From positions 109,465 through 173,464 of the forward strand of contig CAZYTL010000002.1 of the NCBI GenBank assembly GCA_964650355.1: a stretch of 64,000 nucleotides of DNA. The letters run 5' to 3'. The notes under the pieces are model-generated. The model searched no databases, was not told where the DNA came from, and was given only the letters and a program-made list of their open reading frames with translations. Positions 1 through 9,746 of the stretch are shown here, piece after piece. Each line of letters begins with the position of its first letter. Position 1 is the stretch's first letter. Position numbers and translations under genes: made by a program. The DNA is from an uncultured Gammaproteobacteria bacterium (lineage in GTDB: Bacteria > Patescibacteriota > Microgenomatia > CAYXHB01 > CAZYTL01).

Positions 1-1
1 G

Positions 2-472
2 GGGAAAAATACCAAAAGATTTACCACTCAAACCGAATTGGCAGATCGGTATCTGGTAGAATGGACTCCTGATTCCTCCGGAGTGTTGATGGTACAAGGT
101 AAACAGATTAATTTCTATTCTTACTACCAACCAAATCAGACCAGACAACTTTTCTCAGTTCCTGACCGGAAAATAATTGATTTAAAAGTTGTTGAAGATC
201 TTATTTATGTATTAGAGGAAACCGGATATTGGCACGTTTTTTCTTATTCGCAAAATAAAATTGTGGGCCAAACTCCAGCCGCGATAGCTTCTGAACTGAC
301 CAAGCCAAAGTTTTATCCTTGGGAGAATAAAAAGTTTTTAATAGTAGAAACTAAACAGGGACTGGAACACCAATATCAACGTTTATGGGTATCTGACTTT
401 GCCGGGGTTAAAAAATTGATTATTCCCGAATTCAACCAAGTTAAACCGCCGGCTGGCAAGATAACTTTATAG
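2..472 (+). CDS. Hypothetical protein, C-terminal part (5' end probably outside the window)
   Basis: The frame of ORF 38..472 stays open back to position 2 (GGG AAA AAT ACC...), so the TTG at 38 is probably not the real start. No recognisable motif. Confidence 0.55.
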   Translation, partial: GKNTKRFTTQTELADRYLVEWTPDSSGVLMVQGKQINFYSYYQPNQTRQLFSVPDRKIIDLKVVEDLIYVLEETGYWHVFSYSQNKIVGQTPAAIASELTKPKFYPWENKKFLIVETKQGLEHQYQRLWVSDFAGVKKLIIPEFNQVKPPAGKITL

Positions 473-1141
473 CCACCAGTTAAAAGCAAGGAAAATAATT
501 AATCCGAATAACAAGCCGGCGATGACTACTCGCAGATACACTTTAATGTAGCCTTCAACTGAAGGTTCGTTTTTGTCTTCCACATTGGGTAATAACAAGC
601 CAAATAGGAATTTGACTACCGCGTTGCGGTCGACGTCTAAGGTTAATTTTGACTTAGATATAGATTTTAAAAATTTGGGGGAGCGGCTGTGCGCATCGGT
701 TAAGATATGGACAACCACCCGAGGATGCTGATTCACGTAATCTTCTGTCTGTTTAAGACTTCTGGGTTCGACAATGACTTTAGACGGATCTTTAGTCACT
801 TCTTTCACTAGTCCGAAGGTGGACTGGTTGTTGGCATCCCGATACTCCATCACGTCTCCCTGATTGACATTTTCCGAAGCTAATAATACTTGGGTAGAGT
901 CTGATAAATGACTCTGGGCAAAGGGTTGGCCTTGATCTGTATACACAGGCAGGCTGGTTTGGCTGGGAGGAGGAGGAACTTTGACCTCCAGTTGATTATG
1001 TTTATATAATTGCAGTGGCTCAAAAGATAAGTTAGATTTTGAATAATTTTTGGCATAATATCTACCAGTCTCGATTTTCTCCAGAGTAGATTTTAATTTT
1101 AAAGCTTCTGTTAAGCCTTGGTATTGATTGTTATCGATCAT
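467..1141 (-). CDS. Hypothetical protein with C-terminal transmembrane anchor
   Basis: ORF 467..1186. The ATG at 1141 (MIDNNQ) avoids overlap with the upstream CAP gene. Hydrophobic C-terminus VVIAGLLFGLIIFLAFNWWL. Confidence 0.6.
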   Translation of the reverse strand: MIDNNQYQGLTEALKLKSTLEKIETGRYYAKNYSKSNLSFEPLQLYKHNQLEVKVPPPPSQTSLPVYTDQGQPFAQSHLSDSTQVLLASENVNQGDVMEYRDANNQSTFGLVKEVTKDPSKVIVEPRSLKQTEDYVNQHPRVVVHILTDAHSRSPKFLKSISKSKLTLDVDRNAVVKFLFGLLLPNVEDKNEPSVEGYIKVYLRVVIAGLLFGLIIFLAFNWWL

Positions 1142-1152
1142 ATTAAAAATAT

Positions 1153-2004
1153 TCAAAATGACTGAGCCTGATTTCTGAATAGCCACATGGCTCCAATCAC
1201 GAACAATAGGAATACATGAGTCCAGTATTTAGCTGAGATCTTAGGTTTATGTTTGATTCGCAAACTTAAGTAAACATCAATTCCCAAAATAATGGTGAGT
1301 AAGATAGCTAAATACATGGCGATATTCCTAGTATTCAAAAGTTGGTCACCAGACCATCCCCTATTGGGATTAAAACCCAGCATGGAGGCAGAAAAAACCA
1401 GAGGGGGACTTTCTAGATCTGACACGCTCTCAACCGTAGGCGGTTGTTTCTTCCCAAACAGTTGGACTATCAACACAGCGGGTTCGCCGTTTAGCTCTCC
1501 TGATCCCACTGCTACGCCGGTATCTTCAAAGTTAGTGTTGAGAATATTGGCTTTATGAGGTTCCGATTCAACCCAGGCATCTACTAACTCATCGACTTTT
1601 TGGAAATTTTTGGCTAAGTTTTCTCCTGCAAATTGGTAATTGTATCCTCGATCCAAAATCATTTTCCAAACAGTTCTTTTGGAAGGAGAAGTGTGTTCCC
1701 AATAGCCGAAGGTAAACATATCGTCTATCTTATCCTGGGCAGCGGCCATTAGCAGGGGATTGGTGTTCAAGGACGGTAGTTGCTCCTTGATTCTTACCGC
1801 ATTTACCACAGCTATGACTTTCTCGGGTTCCAAATCAGTGGCCAATCCTAATACTCCAGGAGAAGACTTTTCTCCGGTGTTTAACCACCATTGGAACAAA
1901 ACCAGATCAATGATTAAGAGGCTGAGAATTAATTTTCTCCACAGGCTTGGCTTGTACTTACTCAGGGAATTTGATACAAATAAATTGCCATTCCTCTTCG
2001 ACAT
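1153..2004 (-). CDS. Membrane-anchored CAP/SCP-domain protein
   Basis: CAP motifs VNAVR...L..NPLLMAAAQ, YWEH, AGENLA, AWVESEPHKANIL, DTGVAV. One N-terminal and two C-terminal TM segments. Confidence 0.9.
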   Translation of the reverse strand: MSKRNGNLFVSNSLSKYKPSLWRKLILSLLIIDLVLFQWWLNTGEKSSPGVLGLATDLEPEKVIAVVNAVRIKEQLPSLNTNPLLMAAAQDKIDDMFTFGYWEHTSPSKRTVWKMILDRGYNYQFAGENLAKNFQKVDELVDAWVESEPHKANILNTNFEDTGVAVGSGELNGEPAVLIVQLFGKKQPPTVESVSDLESPPLVFSASMLGFNPNRGWSGDQLLNTRNIAMYLAILLTIILGIDVYLSLRIKHKPKISAKYWTHVFLLFVIGAMWLFRNQAQSF

Positions 2005-2025
2005 ATAAGTCCAGTATAGTCTATC

Positions 2026-2123
2026 CGCCTTCGCAGAGCACTACGGCTTTAGCCTTGGATGAAGGCAGCGAAGTGAGTGTTCTGCTTCGGCGAGATGTTC
2101 GCCCCAGTGGGCGTATCAGGGGC
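2026..2123. repeat. GC-rich nested palindromic (REP-like) element in a divergent intergenic region
   Basis: Arms GCAGAGCACT (2033-2042) and AGTGTTCTGC (2076-2085), outer CGCC/GGCG, inner GGCT-TT-AGCC hairpin, and a second hairpin GCCCC...GGGGC (2101-2123). Confidence 0.45.
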
Positions 2124-2200
2124 TAGCTCGTGGAGCACCATAGATAAATCAGATAGAATTAGCACCTGGTTAAAATTAATCAAGAGGGCTAAAAATAATT

Positions 2201-2704
2201 ATGATAGACAAATTCCTGATTTTTTTGCTGGTCATCACCTTACCACTAGGACTGTTCGCTGCTTATAGAATCCAAAAACAGGCGGCGGGTAAGCAAATGG
2301 ACGAACAGCGAGCCACCCAGATTGATGAAGCGCTTAACCAAATCGAGCAGGCCCTTGAGCGACCGGCCCAACCCAGTCAACCCAAAATTTCTATTAGCTC
2401 TGTGAATTACGCCAGTGACTCCGGTAAATTAGAAGTGACTGGCATAGCTCCTCAACCAGAGGCGCAAATTATTGTCTCGGCCGTAGTCACTTCCAGTTCG
2501 AAGAGTGAAGGAAATGATAAGGTGCTGGGAGAACGTGTGGATGTGGTCGCGGTGGCGCCGCAGCCGGACGGCACTTTCGTGTTCAAATATCCGATCGAAG
2601 ATGAATCATCGCAAGCGATTGAATTAAAGTTCGAACAAAACGGGGCGATTTCATCAATTAAATATGATCTGGTAAAAAATAAAATGGTTTGGGAAAAAGA
2701 CTGA
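2201..2704 (+). CDS. Hypothetical membrane-anchored protein, possible Ig-like C-terminal domain
   Basis: 167-aa ORF with an N-terminal TM helix, a Q/E-rich helical stalk and a beta-rich C-terminus (LEVTGIA...DGTFVFKY). Confidence 0.7.
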   Translation: MIDKFLIFLLVITLPLGLFAAYRIQKQAAGKQMDEQRATQIDEALNQIEQALERPAQPSQPKISISSVNYASDSGKLEVTGIAPQPEAQIIVSAVVTSSSKSEGNDKVLGERVDVVAVAPQPDGTFVFKYPIEDESSQAIELKFEQNGAISSIKYDLVKNKMVWEKD

Positions 2705-2717
2705 ATTCTTCTAGGAT

Positions 2718-4481
2718 TTAATAGGTGGGCAGGACATTATAAACCAAAACTCCTGAATACAAATCCGCAGGCTGATAAGCATTGACTTCCAAGGCATAAG
2801 TGACGTAAACGGTGGACGAGTCTCGGCCTGAGGCTTGCATAACTTCATGCGATACGGTACTGATTGGGCCGAATTTTTCCACGCCCGAACTCCATCCTGA
2901 CACATCAGTATCAGTGGTATTGGCTCCTAGCCACCCGGTATTTACATTTGGCACTGTTCCAGTCGGACTCGTCCAGGCAATCGGAGTATTCCAGGTAGCT
3001 CCAGTAGCAGCAAAGGGGTCGATGTCGTTGGCCGGATAGATGCCCTGGAGCAAGCTAAGCAGCTTGGCTTTGACGGTGTACCCATACTCGGTATTGGTAC
3101 TAATGTCTAACTGATGGGCCACATATTTAGGAGAATTAATGCTGATGTTGTCAAAAGGCAAGGTGCTAAAGGTAGAGGCGACGGAAGTGGTAACGCCGTT
3201 GTTGACAGTATTGGCTCCCACTGAGGAAATGGTAAAGGTTAGCTGAGGGTCCACCTGGACTTCAGGGATGATGGTATAAGTGTCGATTAGATTACCAGCA
3301 GATTTCACTACTCTGAAACAATAGACTTCATTACCTAAAGCGGAATCGTCCCCTAAAGCAAAATCCCACAAGCCGTCTTCTCCGGCGGTAATGCTGGACT
3401 GGGAATTGGTAAAGTTATTAGCTTCTTCATAAGTTTGGTTTCTAATAGTATCGCCCCCGTGGCCAGGATCATTGGTGTTATCAGTCAAAGCAGCGCCGTC
3501 CGCAGGAGTGGAGTTGTCATAAAAACGCAAGGATCCTGAGCTGGGAGACAGATCGGCGTATGATTCTCCGCTAAAACCAGTGTCACAGGTGCCTGATCTG
3601 GCAGCCATCTGGAGTTTGAAGTCAAAACCACTGGCTGATAAATCCATATTACTGACATGCAACAATAATCTTAATCTGAATTGTTGACCAATGGTATCTA
3701 AATACGCGATAGTATCTTGGTCAGCCAACACGTTGCCCACGTCAGTAGAATTCTGATTCTCATACCAGCGATAAGCGACCAGATTGTAAGTGGGGTCACC
3801 GCCTTGCCAGTTGTCCCAGGTAAGGTAATGAGTGGAGCCAGTAGTAGCGATGGCTTTGGTTACTATTCCCACTGATCCGCCAGAAAAAGTGCTATCAGCA
3901 ATTGGGCCAATCACGGTAGTGAACCCGGAGCCGGTATCTAATTTAACTATTACTTGGGTGCCGCTGGCTTCCAGTCTCAGGACATCGCCGCCAGACGGAG
4001 TCCAGCTATAATTGGATCCCAGCTGAGTTAACCCGGTGGTGCCGGAGCTGCTTAAATCATGATTACTAGCAGCATAAAGCCTGAGAGTGTCGTCATTATC
4101 ACTCCATTGGGTATAATAACCGCTAAACGAAGTGTAATCAGCTGTGCCGTCGGTGTTCACTCTAACGGCCACACCTGACCGGGCGTCGGTGCCGGTGGCA
4201 CTGACAAACTCCAATTGGGAATATTGATCATTGGCCGGTTGGATGGTGTAAAGCGCCCGGCCTGCTAAGGTCTGGCTGGTGCCGTCTTCACTCCACAAGC
4301 GCAATTGATTGCTATTCACTTGGATTGCCTGTTGATTGTTTTCGCTTTCTATCCAGTCGGTTCCCAGGCTGGAGTTATTAGCACGATCGAAATTATCCGT
4401 ATAGGTGGCGGCCCGCACTTTTAGGCTGAAACCAAACAGCATTACTACTCCCCAAAAGCCAATCAGAACAAATTTTTTCAT
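2718..4481 (-). CDS. Secreted surface protein: lectin-like beta-sandwich N-terminus plus C-terminal domain shared with 4578..5687
   Basis: Signal peptide (MKKFVLIG...VRA/A), DNFDRAN start and S/T/G/D-rich body. The last ~178 aa align closely with the neighbouring protein. Confidence 0.8.
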   Translation of the reverse strand: MKKFVLIGFWGVVMLFGFSLKVRAATYTDNFDRANNSSLGTDWIESENNQQAIQVNSNQLRLWSEDGTSQTLAGRALYTIQPANDQYSQLEFVSATGTDARSGVAVRVNTDGTADYTSFSGYYTQWSDNDDTLRLYAASNHDLSSSGTTGLTQLGSNYSWTPSGGDVLRLEASGTQVIVKLDTGSGFTTVIGPIADSTFSGGSVGIVTKAIATTGSTHYLTWDNWQGGDPTYNLVAYRWYENQNSTDVGNVLADQDTIAYLDTIGQQFRLRLLLHVSNMDLSASGFDFKLQMAARSGTCDTGFSGESYADLSPSSGSLRFYDNSTPADGAALTDNTNDPGHGGDTIRNQTYEEANNFTNSQSSITAGEDGLWDFALGDDSALGNEVYCFRVVKSAGNLIDTYTIIPEVQVDPQLTFTISSVGANTVNNGVTTSVASTFSTLPFDNISINSPKYVAHQLDISTNTEYGYTVKAKLLSLLQGIYPANDIDPFAATGATWNTPIAWTSPTGTVPNVNTGWLGANTTDTDVSGWSSGVEKFGPISTVSHEVMQASGRDSSTVYVTYALEVNAYQPADLYSGVLVYNVLPTY

Positions 4482-4519
4482 CTCTACTATCTTATCATTG
4501 TCCAGATTGGGCTACCAAC

Positions 4520-4553
4520 GAAAACATCATCTCTTTGCAGAGATGATGTTTTC
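4520..4553. terminator. Perfect 15-bp stem-loop between the two paralogous surface-protein genes
   Basis: GAAAACATCATCTCT-TTGC-AGAGATGATGTTTTC, about 25 bp downstream of the stop of 4578..5687. Confidence 0.7.
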
Positions 4554-4577
4554 AGCCACAGCTAGCAAATATCCCTA

Positions 4578-5687
4578 TTAATAGGTAGGAATGGCGTTAT
4601 AAACCAAAGTTCCTGTATAAGTATCTGCTGGCTGGTACACGTTAGCTTCAATCGCATAAGTGACGTACACACTGGTTGATCCATTATCAGAGGTGGCACT
4701 GGACATGACCGTGTTGGCAGAAGAATTTACGGGACCGAATAGTTGAGTGCCGGGATTCCAGCCTGACACGTCAGTGTCGGTGGTATTGGCCCCAATCCAA
4801 CCGGTATCGGTATTGGGTGTGGTACCGGTAGGTTCGGTCCACCCGAGGGGAGTTCCCCAGGCAACTCCGCTGGCGGCAAAGGGATCAATATTATTGGCAC
4901 TGTAGGTGCCGGTCATCTGGCTTAACATCTTCATGGTGACGGTATAACCCGAATTGGAGTTAGTAGTCACTGTTAACTTATGGGCCAGATACTTAGGCGT
5001 GGACGCGGTCAAGTTAGAAAACGGCAGGGTACTAAAAGTAGACGTGTCTGAGGTGGTGATGCCGTTGTTGACTGTACTGGTTCCCACCCCAGCTACCACG
5101 AAAGTGAACTGCGGATCTACCCGGGCGCTCACGGTGACGGCGGCCACCACGGTATAAGTGAGAATTCCAGTATCCACACTGGTAGTCCCCAAGTCAGAAT
5201 AAGTGGTTAACCTGACAAAACAGGTATCTGATGAGGTGTCCCCACCTGCCTGACAGTCGTCAATGGCGTGATTGGTAATGGAGGAGAGAGGCACGCCCAA
5301 CACAGTGCTGGCTCCGATTACTTGTCCGGTAGCCGTGTGCTGGAGCTTTAAAATTCCTGAGCCTCCACTGGTAGTATCAAGGGTCCAATTTGCGTCCAGA
5401 TTAGTTAAACTTCCTAAAGACGCGGTGGTCAAGTCAAGACCACTGGGTTTGCTGGCGGAACCGGAAGGAGTGGTTGCGTAAGTAAACCGGATCTCCCTCA
5501 AAGTAGCAGCGCTATTAGTAGTAAAGGTAAAGGTATGGGTACTGGAGGTAGAAGGTCGGGAATCCGACAACGTGTCTTTGCCTCCGGTCAATTGCGCGGC
5601 AAATATTTGAGGAACCAAAACCAGGTTGAGTACTAGCACTAACGTCAATGCGATTAATGAACTAAAAAATTTATGGGCAGTTTTCAT
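4578..5687 (-). CDS. Secreted Thr/Ser-rich surface protein (WxL/pilin-like C-terminal domain)
   Basis: Signal peptide ending IFA/A, strong SD (GGAGGTGG), very T/S-rich, ends YTGTLVYNAIPTY. Confidence 0.8.
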   Translation of the reverse strand: MKTAHKFFSSLIALTLVLVLNLVLVPQIFAAQLTGGKDTLSDSRPSTSSTHTFTFTTNSAATLREIRFTYATTPSGSASKPSGLDLTTASLGSLTNLDANWTLDTTSGGSGILKLQHTATGQVIGASTVLGVPLSSITNHAIDDCQAGGDTSSDTCFVRLTTYSDLGTTSVDTGILTYTVVAAVTVSARVDPQFTFVVAGVGTSTVNNGITTSDTSTFSTLPFSNLTASTPKYLAHKLTVTTNSNSGYTVTMKMLSQMTGTYSANNIDPFAASGVAWGTPLGWTEPTGTTPNTDTGWIGANTTDTDVSGWNPGTQLFGPVNSSANTVMSSATSDNGSTSVYVTYAIEANVYQPADTYTGTLVYNAIPTY

Positions 5688-5751
5688 TAATATCCACCTC
5701 CCTCCCTGCCAGGATTACGATAATTGTGTATGGTGACTAACACTAATTCTC

Positions 5752-5781
5752 AGTGTAGGCAGATAATTAAACAGTTGTCAA
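5752..5781 (-). promoter_or_regulatory. Sigma70-type promoter for 4578..5687
   Basis: Minus strand TTGACA-18 bp-TACACT. Confidence 0.6.
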
Positions 5782-5852
5782 GCAGCAATGCGTAAACCTG
5801 TTAATTAAGTTCATTTGTGAGGCGGAAAGACGGATAAGTAATATATAATTAC

Positions 5853-7700
5853 ATGCATGAGACTTTACTCACAACTAGTAAGACGCCTCTTATGAATCAC
5901 CCTCGACCATCAGAATCAATAACTATGGGAGCCCGGATAGTTAAAATCGTGGTCCAGAACCGCATTTTCCTGACTGCTTTGGTGCTGCTCACTTTAGTTA
6001 CTTATGCAAATGCCATACCCGGCGATTTTTCCATGGTGGATGACATCACGGGCATTGTGGAAAATGCTAAACTGGCTGATTTCAGCGCCAGTGTGAAAAC
6101 TTTCCATTTACAAACCATTATTTATTCGCTGATCATCAACACCTTTAAGTTAAACCCGGTTCCGTTTCACTGGCTTTCTCTCCTGCTGCATGGTTTTAAT
6201 GTAGTATTAGCCTTTATCTTGCTTTATTTGTTGTTCGGGAAAACCATCTCCCGCATTGCGGCCCTAATATTTGCGGTCCATCCGGTCAACACTGAGGCGG
6301 TTACCTGGATTAGCGGAGATCCTTACCTAATCAATGCGGTTTTTTTCCTGTCCATGACAATTGTTTACTATGGTTATAAACAGACAAACCAAATCCGCTA
6401 TTTGCTAGCTACTGTCCTAATTTATTCCGGATTATTAATTTTCACCCGCACTCCATTCGCACTGACTTTTCCGGTGGCTTTAATGGTGATCGATCAATGG
6501 CTGATCGAACCCCGGCTGCAATGGCGGTCAGCGGTTAAGTTGTTGGTGTTGATCATTCCCATGGGTCTTTATGTGATGCTTTTTTTAAATCAGGCAGCGC
6601 AGTATAGACAAAGTCAACAATATAGCCATGGGCTGTTGCTCAACCAGCAAGCGTTGATTCCGGTAGTAGAGAGTTATCCTTATACTATTTACTCTCTGGT
6701 CCGACTCTATGGGTTTCCCAAACGGTTGGTGATTTATTATGACGGTCAGATTATTACCCCGGCTTTACAATTATTAATGTATTTGGCTTTGGGGATCTAT
6801 GCGCTGGCTATCATCTATTTCTGGAAAAAGAAACGGCAAATTGCCGGACTGTTGATTTTATTAATCGTATTGATAGCCCCCACCTTCACCCCAGTGAGAG
6901 TGACCTGGTATATAGCAGAGAGATACCTTTATTTGGGATCGGCATTTTTCGGAGTGATCGTGGCCTTAGGGATAATTAAAGTCTGTTCTTTACTGCCCAA
7001 ACGCCGGCAATCTTTTTTGATGGCGGGAATGACCGGCCTAATAGTGGCATTATTGGCTATCAGAACAGTACTGCGCAATCAGGATTACCTGGATGCGAAG
7101 ACATTTGCCCAGCGAACAGTGAAGGACGCTCCTTACAGCGCGCGACCGTACGATGACCTGGGATCGGTATATTATTTGGAAAATAATTATCAGCAGGCGC
7201 TTTATTATTTCCGACAGGCTTTAACTATTAATCCGACGGTTGAGGCTTCCATGAACAATATCGGGCTCATTTATCTGAAAAGTCCTCCTGACCAGCTACC
7301 AGATCTGAGCCAAGTCAATGCATCAGCGCTTACAGACGACGATTTTTCAAAGCTGTCTGATTTGGCCTGGCAAGCCTACAACCAGAAGGAATTTAAGACT
7401 TCAGCTTACTTTGTGGGGGAGGCGTTGAGACTGCAACCCGATGATTTGTCGCTAAATAATTTACTAGGAGATCTGTACTTGCAAGCCGAACAGTTTAAAT
7501 TCGCCCAACAACAGTATCTGAAATCCATTGAATTAAATCCTCAGCAATCCGAAATTTTTTATAAACTTGGCTATACCTATTTCCAGCAACAAGATCTTCC
7601 CCAGGCGAAAAAATATCTGCAAAAAACTTTAGAATTAGATCCTGAAAATTCAGCTGCCAAAAATAATTTGCAAATGGTGGAATCTGAATTAGAGAAATAG
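5853..7700 (+). CDS. TMTC-like GT-C membrane glycosyltransferase with C-terminal TPR repeats
   Basis: DD pair after TM1 (FSMVDD), HPVNTEAVTWISG, AERYLY, about 11 TM segments, then TPRs (LGSVYY...A..YFRQAL.INP; LG..Y...A...L.K.LELDP). Confidence 0.85.
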   Translation: MHETLLTTSKTPLMNHPRPSESITMGARIVKIVVQNRIFLTALVLLTLVTYANAIPGDFSMVDDITGIVENAKLADFSASVKTFHLQTIIYSLIINTFKLNPVPFHWLSLLLHGFNVVLAFILLYLLFGKTISRIAALIFAVHPVNTEAVTWISGDPYLINAVFFLSMTIVYYGYKQTNQIRYLLATVLIYSGLLIFTRTPFALTFPVALMVIDQWLIEPRLQWRSAVKLLVLIIPMGLYVMLFLNQAAQYRQSQQYSHGLLLNQQALIPVVESYPYTIYSLVRLYGFPKRLVIYYDGQIITPALQLLMYLALGIYALAIIYFWKKKRQIAGLLILLIVLIAPTFTPVRVTWYIAERYLYLGSAFFGVIVALGIIKVCSLLPKRRQSFLMAGMTGLIVALLAIRTVLRNQDYLDAKTFAQRTVKDAPYSARPYDDLGSVYYLENNYQQALYYFRQALTINPTVEASMNNIGLIYLKSPPDQLPDLSQVNASALTDDDFSKLSDLAWQAYNQKEFKTSAYFVGEALRLQPDDLSLNNLLGDLYLQAEQFKFAQQQYLKSIELNPQQSEIFYKLGYTYFQQQDLPQAKKYLQKTLELDPENSAAKNNLQMVESELEK

Positions 7701-7701
7701 T

Positions 7702-7959
7702 TTAGAACCCGACTACAATGGTGACGCTGTTTTCCCGCACCCGGATCACACCCCCGTCAATATCAAACTCCTTTACCTGACTCCCCTCACTTACCTGAAC
7801 TTTACCTTTAACTAATTCAGCATACAAAGGAGTGTGCTGGGGCAAAATTGCCAAATCTCCTTGGATGCCGGGAACCAGCACTCTTTGAGGTTGACCTTCG
7901 TATAACGTCTGATCCGGGCTGACGATGACGCAGCTAAAATTGGATTGAGGTTCAACCAT
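7702..7959 (-). CDS. atpC: F1 epsilon subunit, N-terminal beta-sandwich only
   Basis: IVSPD..LYEG, PG.QGDLAILPQHTPL, GGVI.V..N.VTIV. 85 aa with no C-terminal helical hairpin. Confidence 0.9.
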   Translation of the reverse strand: MVEPQSNFSCVIVSPDQTLYEGQPQRVLVPGIQGDLAILPQHTPLYAELVKGKVQVSEGSQVKEFDIDGGVIRVRENSVTIVVGF

Positions 7960-8017
7960 AGGTTAATAAGACAACGGGCCTCTAGATAATTTAGCATCAA
8001 TCTTACCTGCGATTAAA

Positions 8018-9688
8018 TTATTCATTGGTAAACTGATGATTTTCGTAGATTTCAAAGTTGGGGCCGAAGCGATCGATAGCAAACAGTTGGGGTAGGGGAT
8101 AGTTCATGTCTAATAAATCAGGGATGCTGGACTTCGGGCTAGGACTGGCGAGCTGTTCACTGATTAAAGGATAATCTGTTTGATTAAGGTTATATTTATG
8201 CCAGAGGGTTTGCCGTTCTTCCGGAGTGAAATAGTCGATGACTATATAGCGATAATTTTGGGCCTGAAAATAACGATCCAAGTCTTGTCGTTGGTTTAAA
8301 TATTCCAGATTATTGGCGCTGGTGACCTGTTTAATATTGGGAAAGTCGGATTGATCCGTAGGAGTTAATGCTTGCAAGTAGGGCTTGAGGGTTTGGTAAT
8401 AATCGGTTTGATAGAGATCGGTTGGTTTTTGAGCCTGCAAGTCAGGTACCAAATAGATGTTATTGCGATTGATTAAAATTGGTTGATCATTAGGAATTTG
8501 ATGTTGGAGATAGTGCTTGGCAAGCACGTAGGTACTGGGCTGGAAAAACAAGTAATTTAACCGGACGTCAAGTATCAATGAATATCCGAGCGTGAGGATG
8601 AGCAGCCAACCTGCTAACCAGAAGGGTTTTTTAAGAAGCAGGTTTACTAAATAAGCAGTTCCAAAGATAAACAGCAATGACAAGGGTTGGGCAGACCGAG
8701 GATTAAGAAAGGCTTTAAATAAATAGACTGCAAATCCGGAAACGGTAAATAGGCTAATTAACCAGAAGAAGGAGGTTTTTCGATATGCCATGATTATCAG
8801 ACCGATGAGGCCAATGATGATGATCGGTCCCTGGTAGGAAAGCAAGACCTGAAGATAAAAGATAATTTGAGACCATAAACTGACCAGATTGACTGGCTGA
8901 CCCGCATAATTATTATGAAGGTGCCACTGAATGATCCCTGGGGTCAGATAAAGCAAACCTAAAATAAAGACGAGATTAATTAAGGCGGTGAGCCAAACCC
9001 GAGGCTGTTTTAACAGGGGAATGAATTTCTGACTGGTAACCACAGCGATGAGCCAAAAGACTCCCAAGGCTAATCCCATGGGAAAGGCGGCCACGGATAA
9101 GCTAAGAAAGGTGATGGATAATAAAAATTTATTAAGTTGGCCGGTGACCCGCCACTCGGTCAGGGACCATAATAAACCCAGGGAGCAAAACAGATAAAGT
9201 GAATTGTATCTACCAAAATGCGCAAATAAGACGCGGAAGAAATCCGTGGTATACAAAAGCGTCAGGATGAGGCCGAATTTTCGGGATTGCAGTCTAAGGC
9301 CCAACCGGTAAATAAACCAGACGGATAAGCCGGAGATGACAGCTGACATGATTCTGGGGATAAACAAAAACATGCCGGGAGAACTCAAGACTAGTGTCCG
9401 ACCGATGTCGTTAACCGAAGGGAAAATGCGGAACAGAAGTAAGAACAAAACGCTGATAGCTAAAAAGGGTAGTTGCAGCCAGGGCCATAAGGGTAGGTAG
9501 GTGGAAAAGTGGCGGAAGTTTTGAGTTTTGAGGATTAAAAGGCTGACTCTTTGGCTTTCAAATTCGTCTCCTACGCTAAAAGCCAGGGGGTGGTCAAAAA
9601 AAGGATTGCCCAAGCCAATGATAATGGCCAAGAGCATGATCCAGACGATGGGTTGGGAGAGGAGCTTACGGGAGGTGCTTTTAAACAT
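8018..9688 (-). CDS. ArnT/PMT-like (GT-C fold) membrane glycosyltransferase between atpD and atpC
   Basis: DE pair after TM1 (VGDE), YLPLWP, PRIMSAVISGLSVWFIY.LG pattern, more than 10 TM segments and a soluble C-terminal domain. Confidence 0.75.
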   Translation of the reverse strand: MFKSTSRKLLSQPIVWIMLLAIIIGLGNPFFDHPLAFSVGDEFESQRVSLLILKTQNFRHFSTYLPLWPWLQLPFLAISVLFLLLFRIFPSVNDIGRTLVLSSPGMFLFIPRIMSAVISGLSVWFIYRLGLRLQSRKFGLILTLLYTTDFFRVLFAHFGRYNSLYLFCSLGLLWSLTEWRVTGQLNKFLLSITFLSLSVAAFPMGLALGVFWLIAVVTSQKFIPLLKQPRVWLTALINLVFILGLLYLTPGIIQWHLHNNYAGQPVNLVSLWSQIIFYLQVLLSYQGPIIIIGLIGLIIMAYRKTSFFWLISLFTVSGFAVYLFKAFLNPRSAQPLSLLFIFGTAYLVNLLLKKPFWLAGWLLILTLGYSLILDVRLNYLFFQPSTYVLAKHYLQHQIPNDQPILINRNNIYLVPDLQAQKPTDLYQTDYYQTLKPYLQALTPTDQSDFPNIKQVTSANNLEYLNQRQDLDRYFQAQNYRYIVIDYFTPEERQTLWHKYNLNQTDYPLISEQLASPSPKSSIPDLLDMNYPLPQLFAIDRFGPNFEIYENHQFTNE

Positions 9689-9746
9689 TTTACCTAATCT
9701 GGAAGTGATAACTGTGAGGGATGGCTAAATAAATAAACACTCTAGG

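Noticed and set aside
8018-9688. Possibility that the polytopic gene inside the operon is a divergent subunit a
   Set aside because: At 556 aa with a DE motif after TM1 and an ArnT/PMT-like layout, it lacks the subunit a RLFGN-type helix. A structural role as a replacement stator cannot be excluded but has no support.
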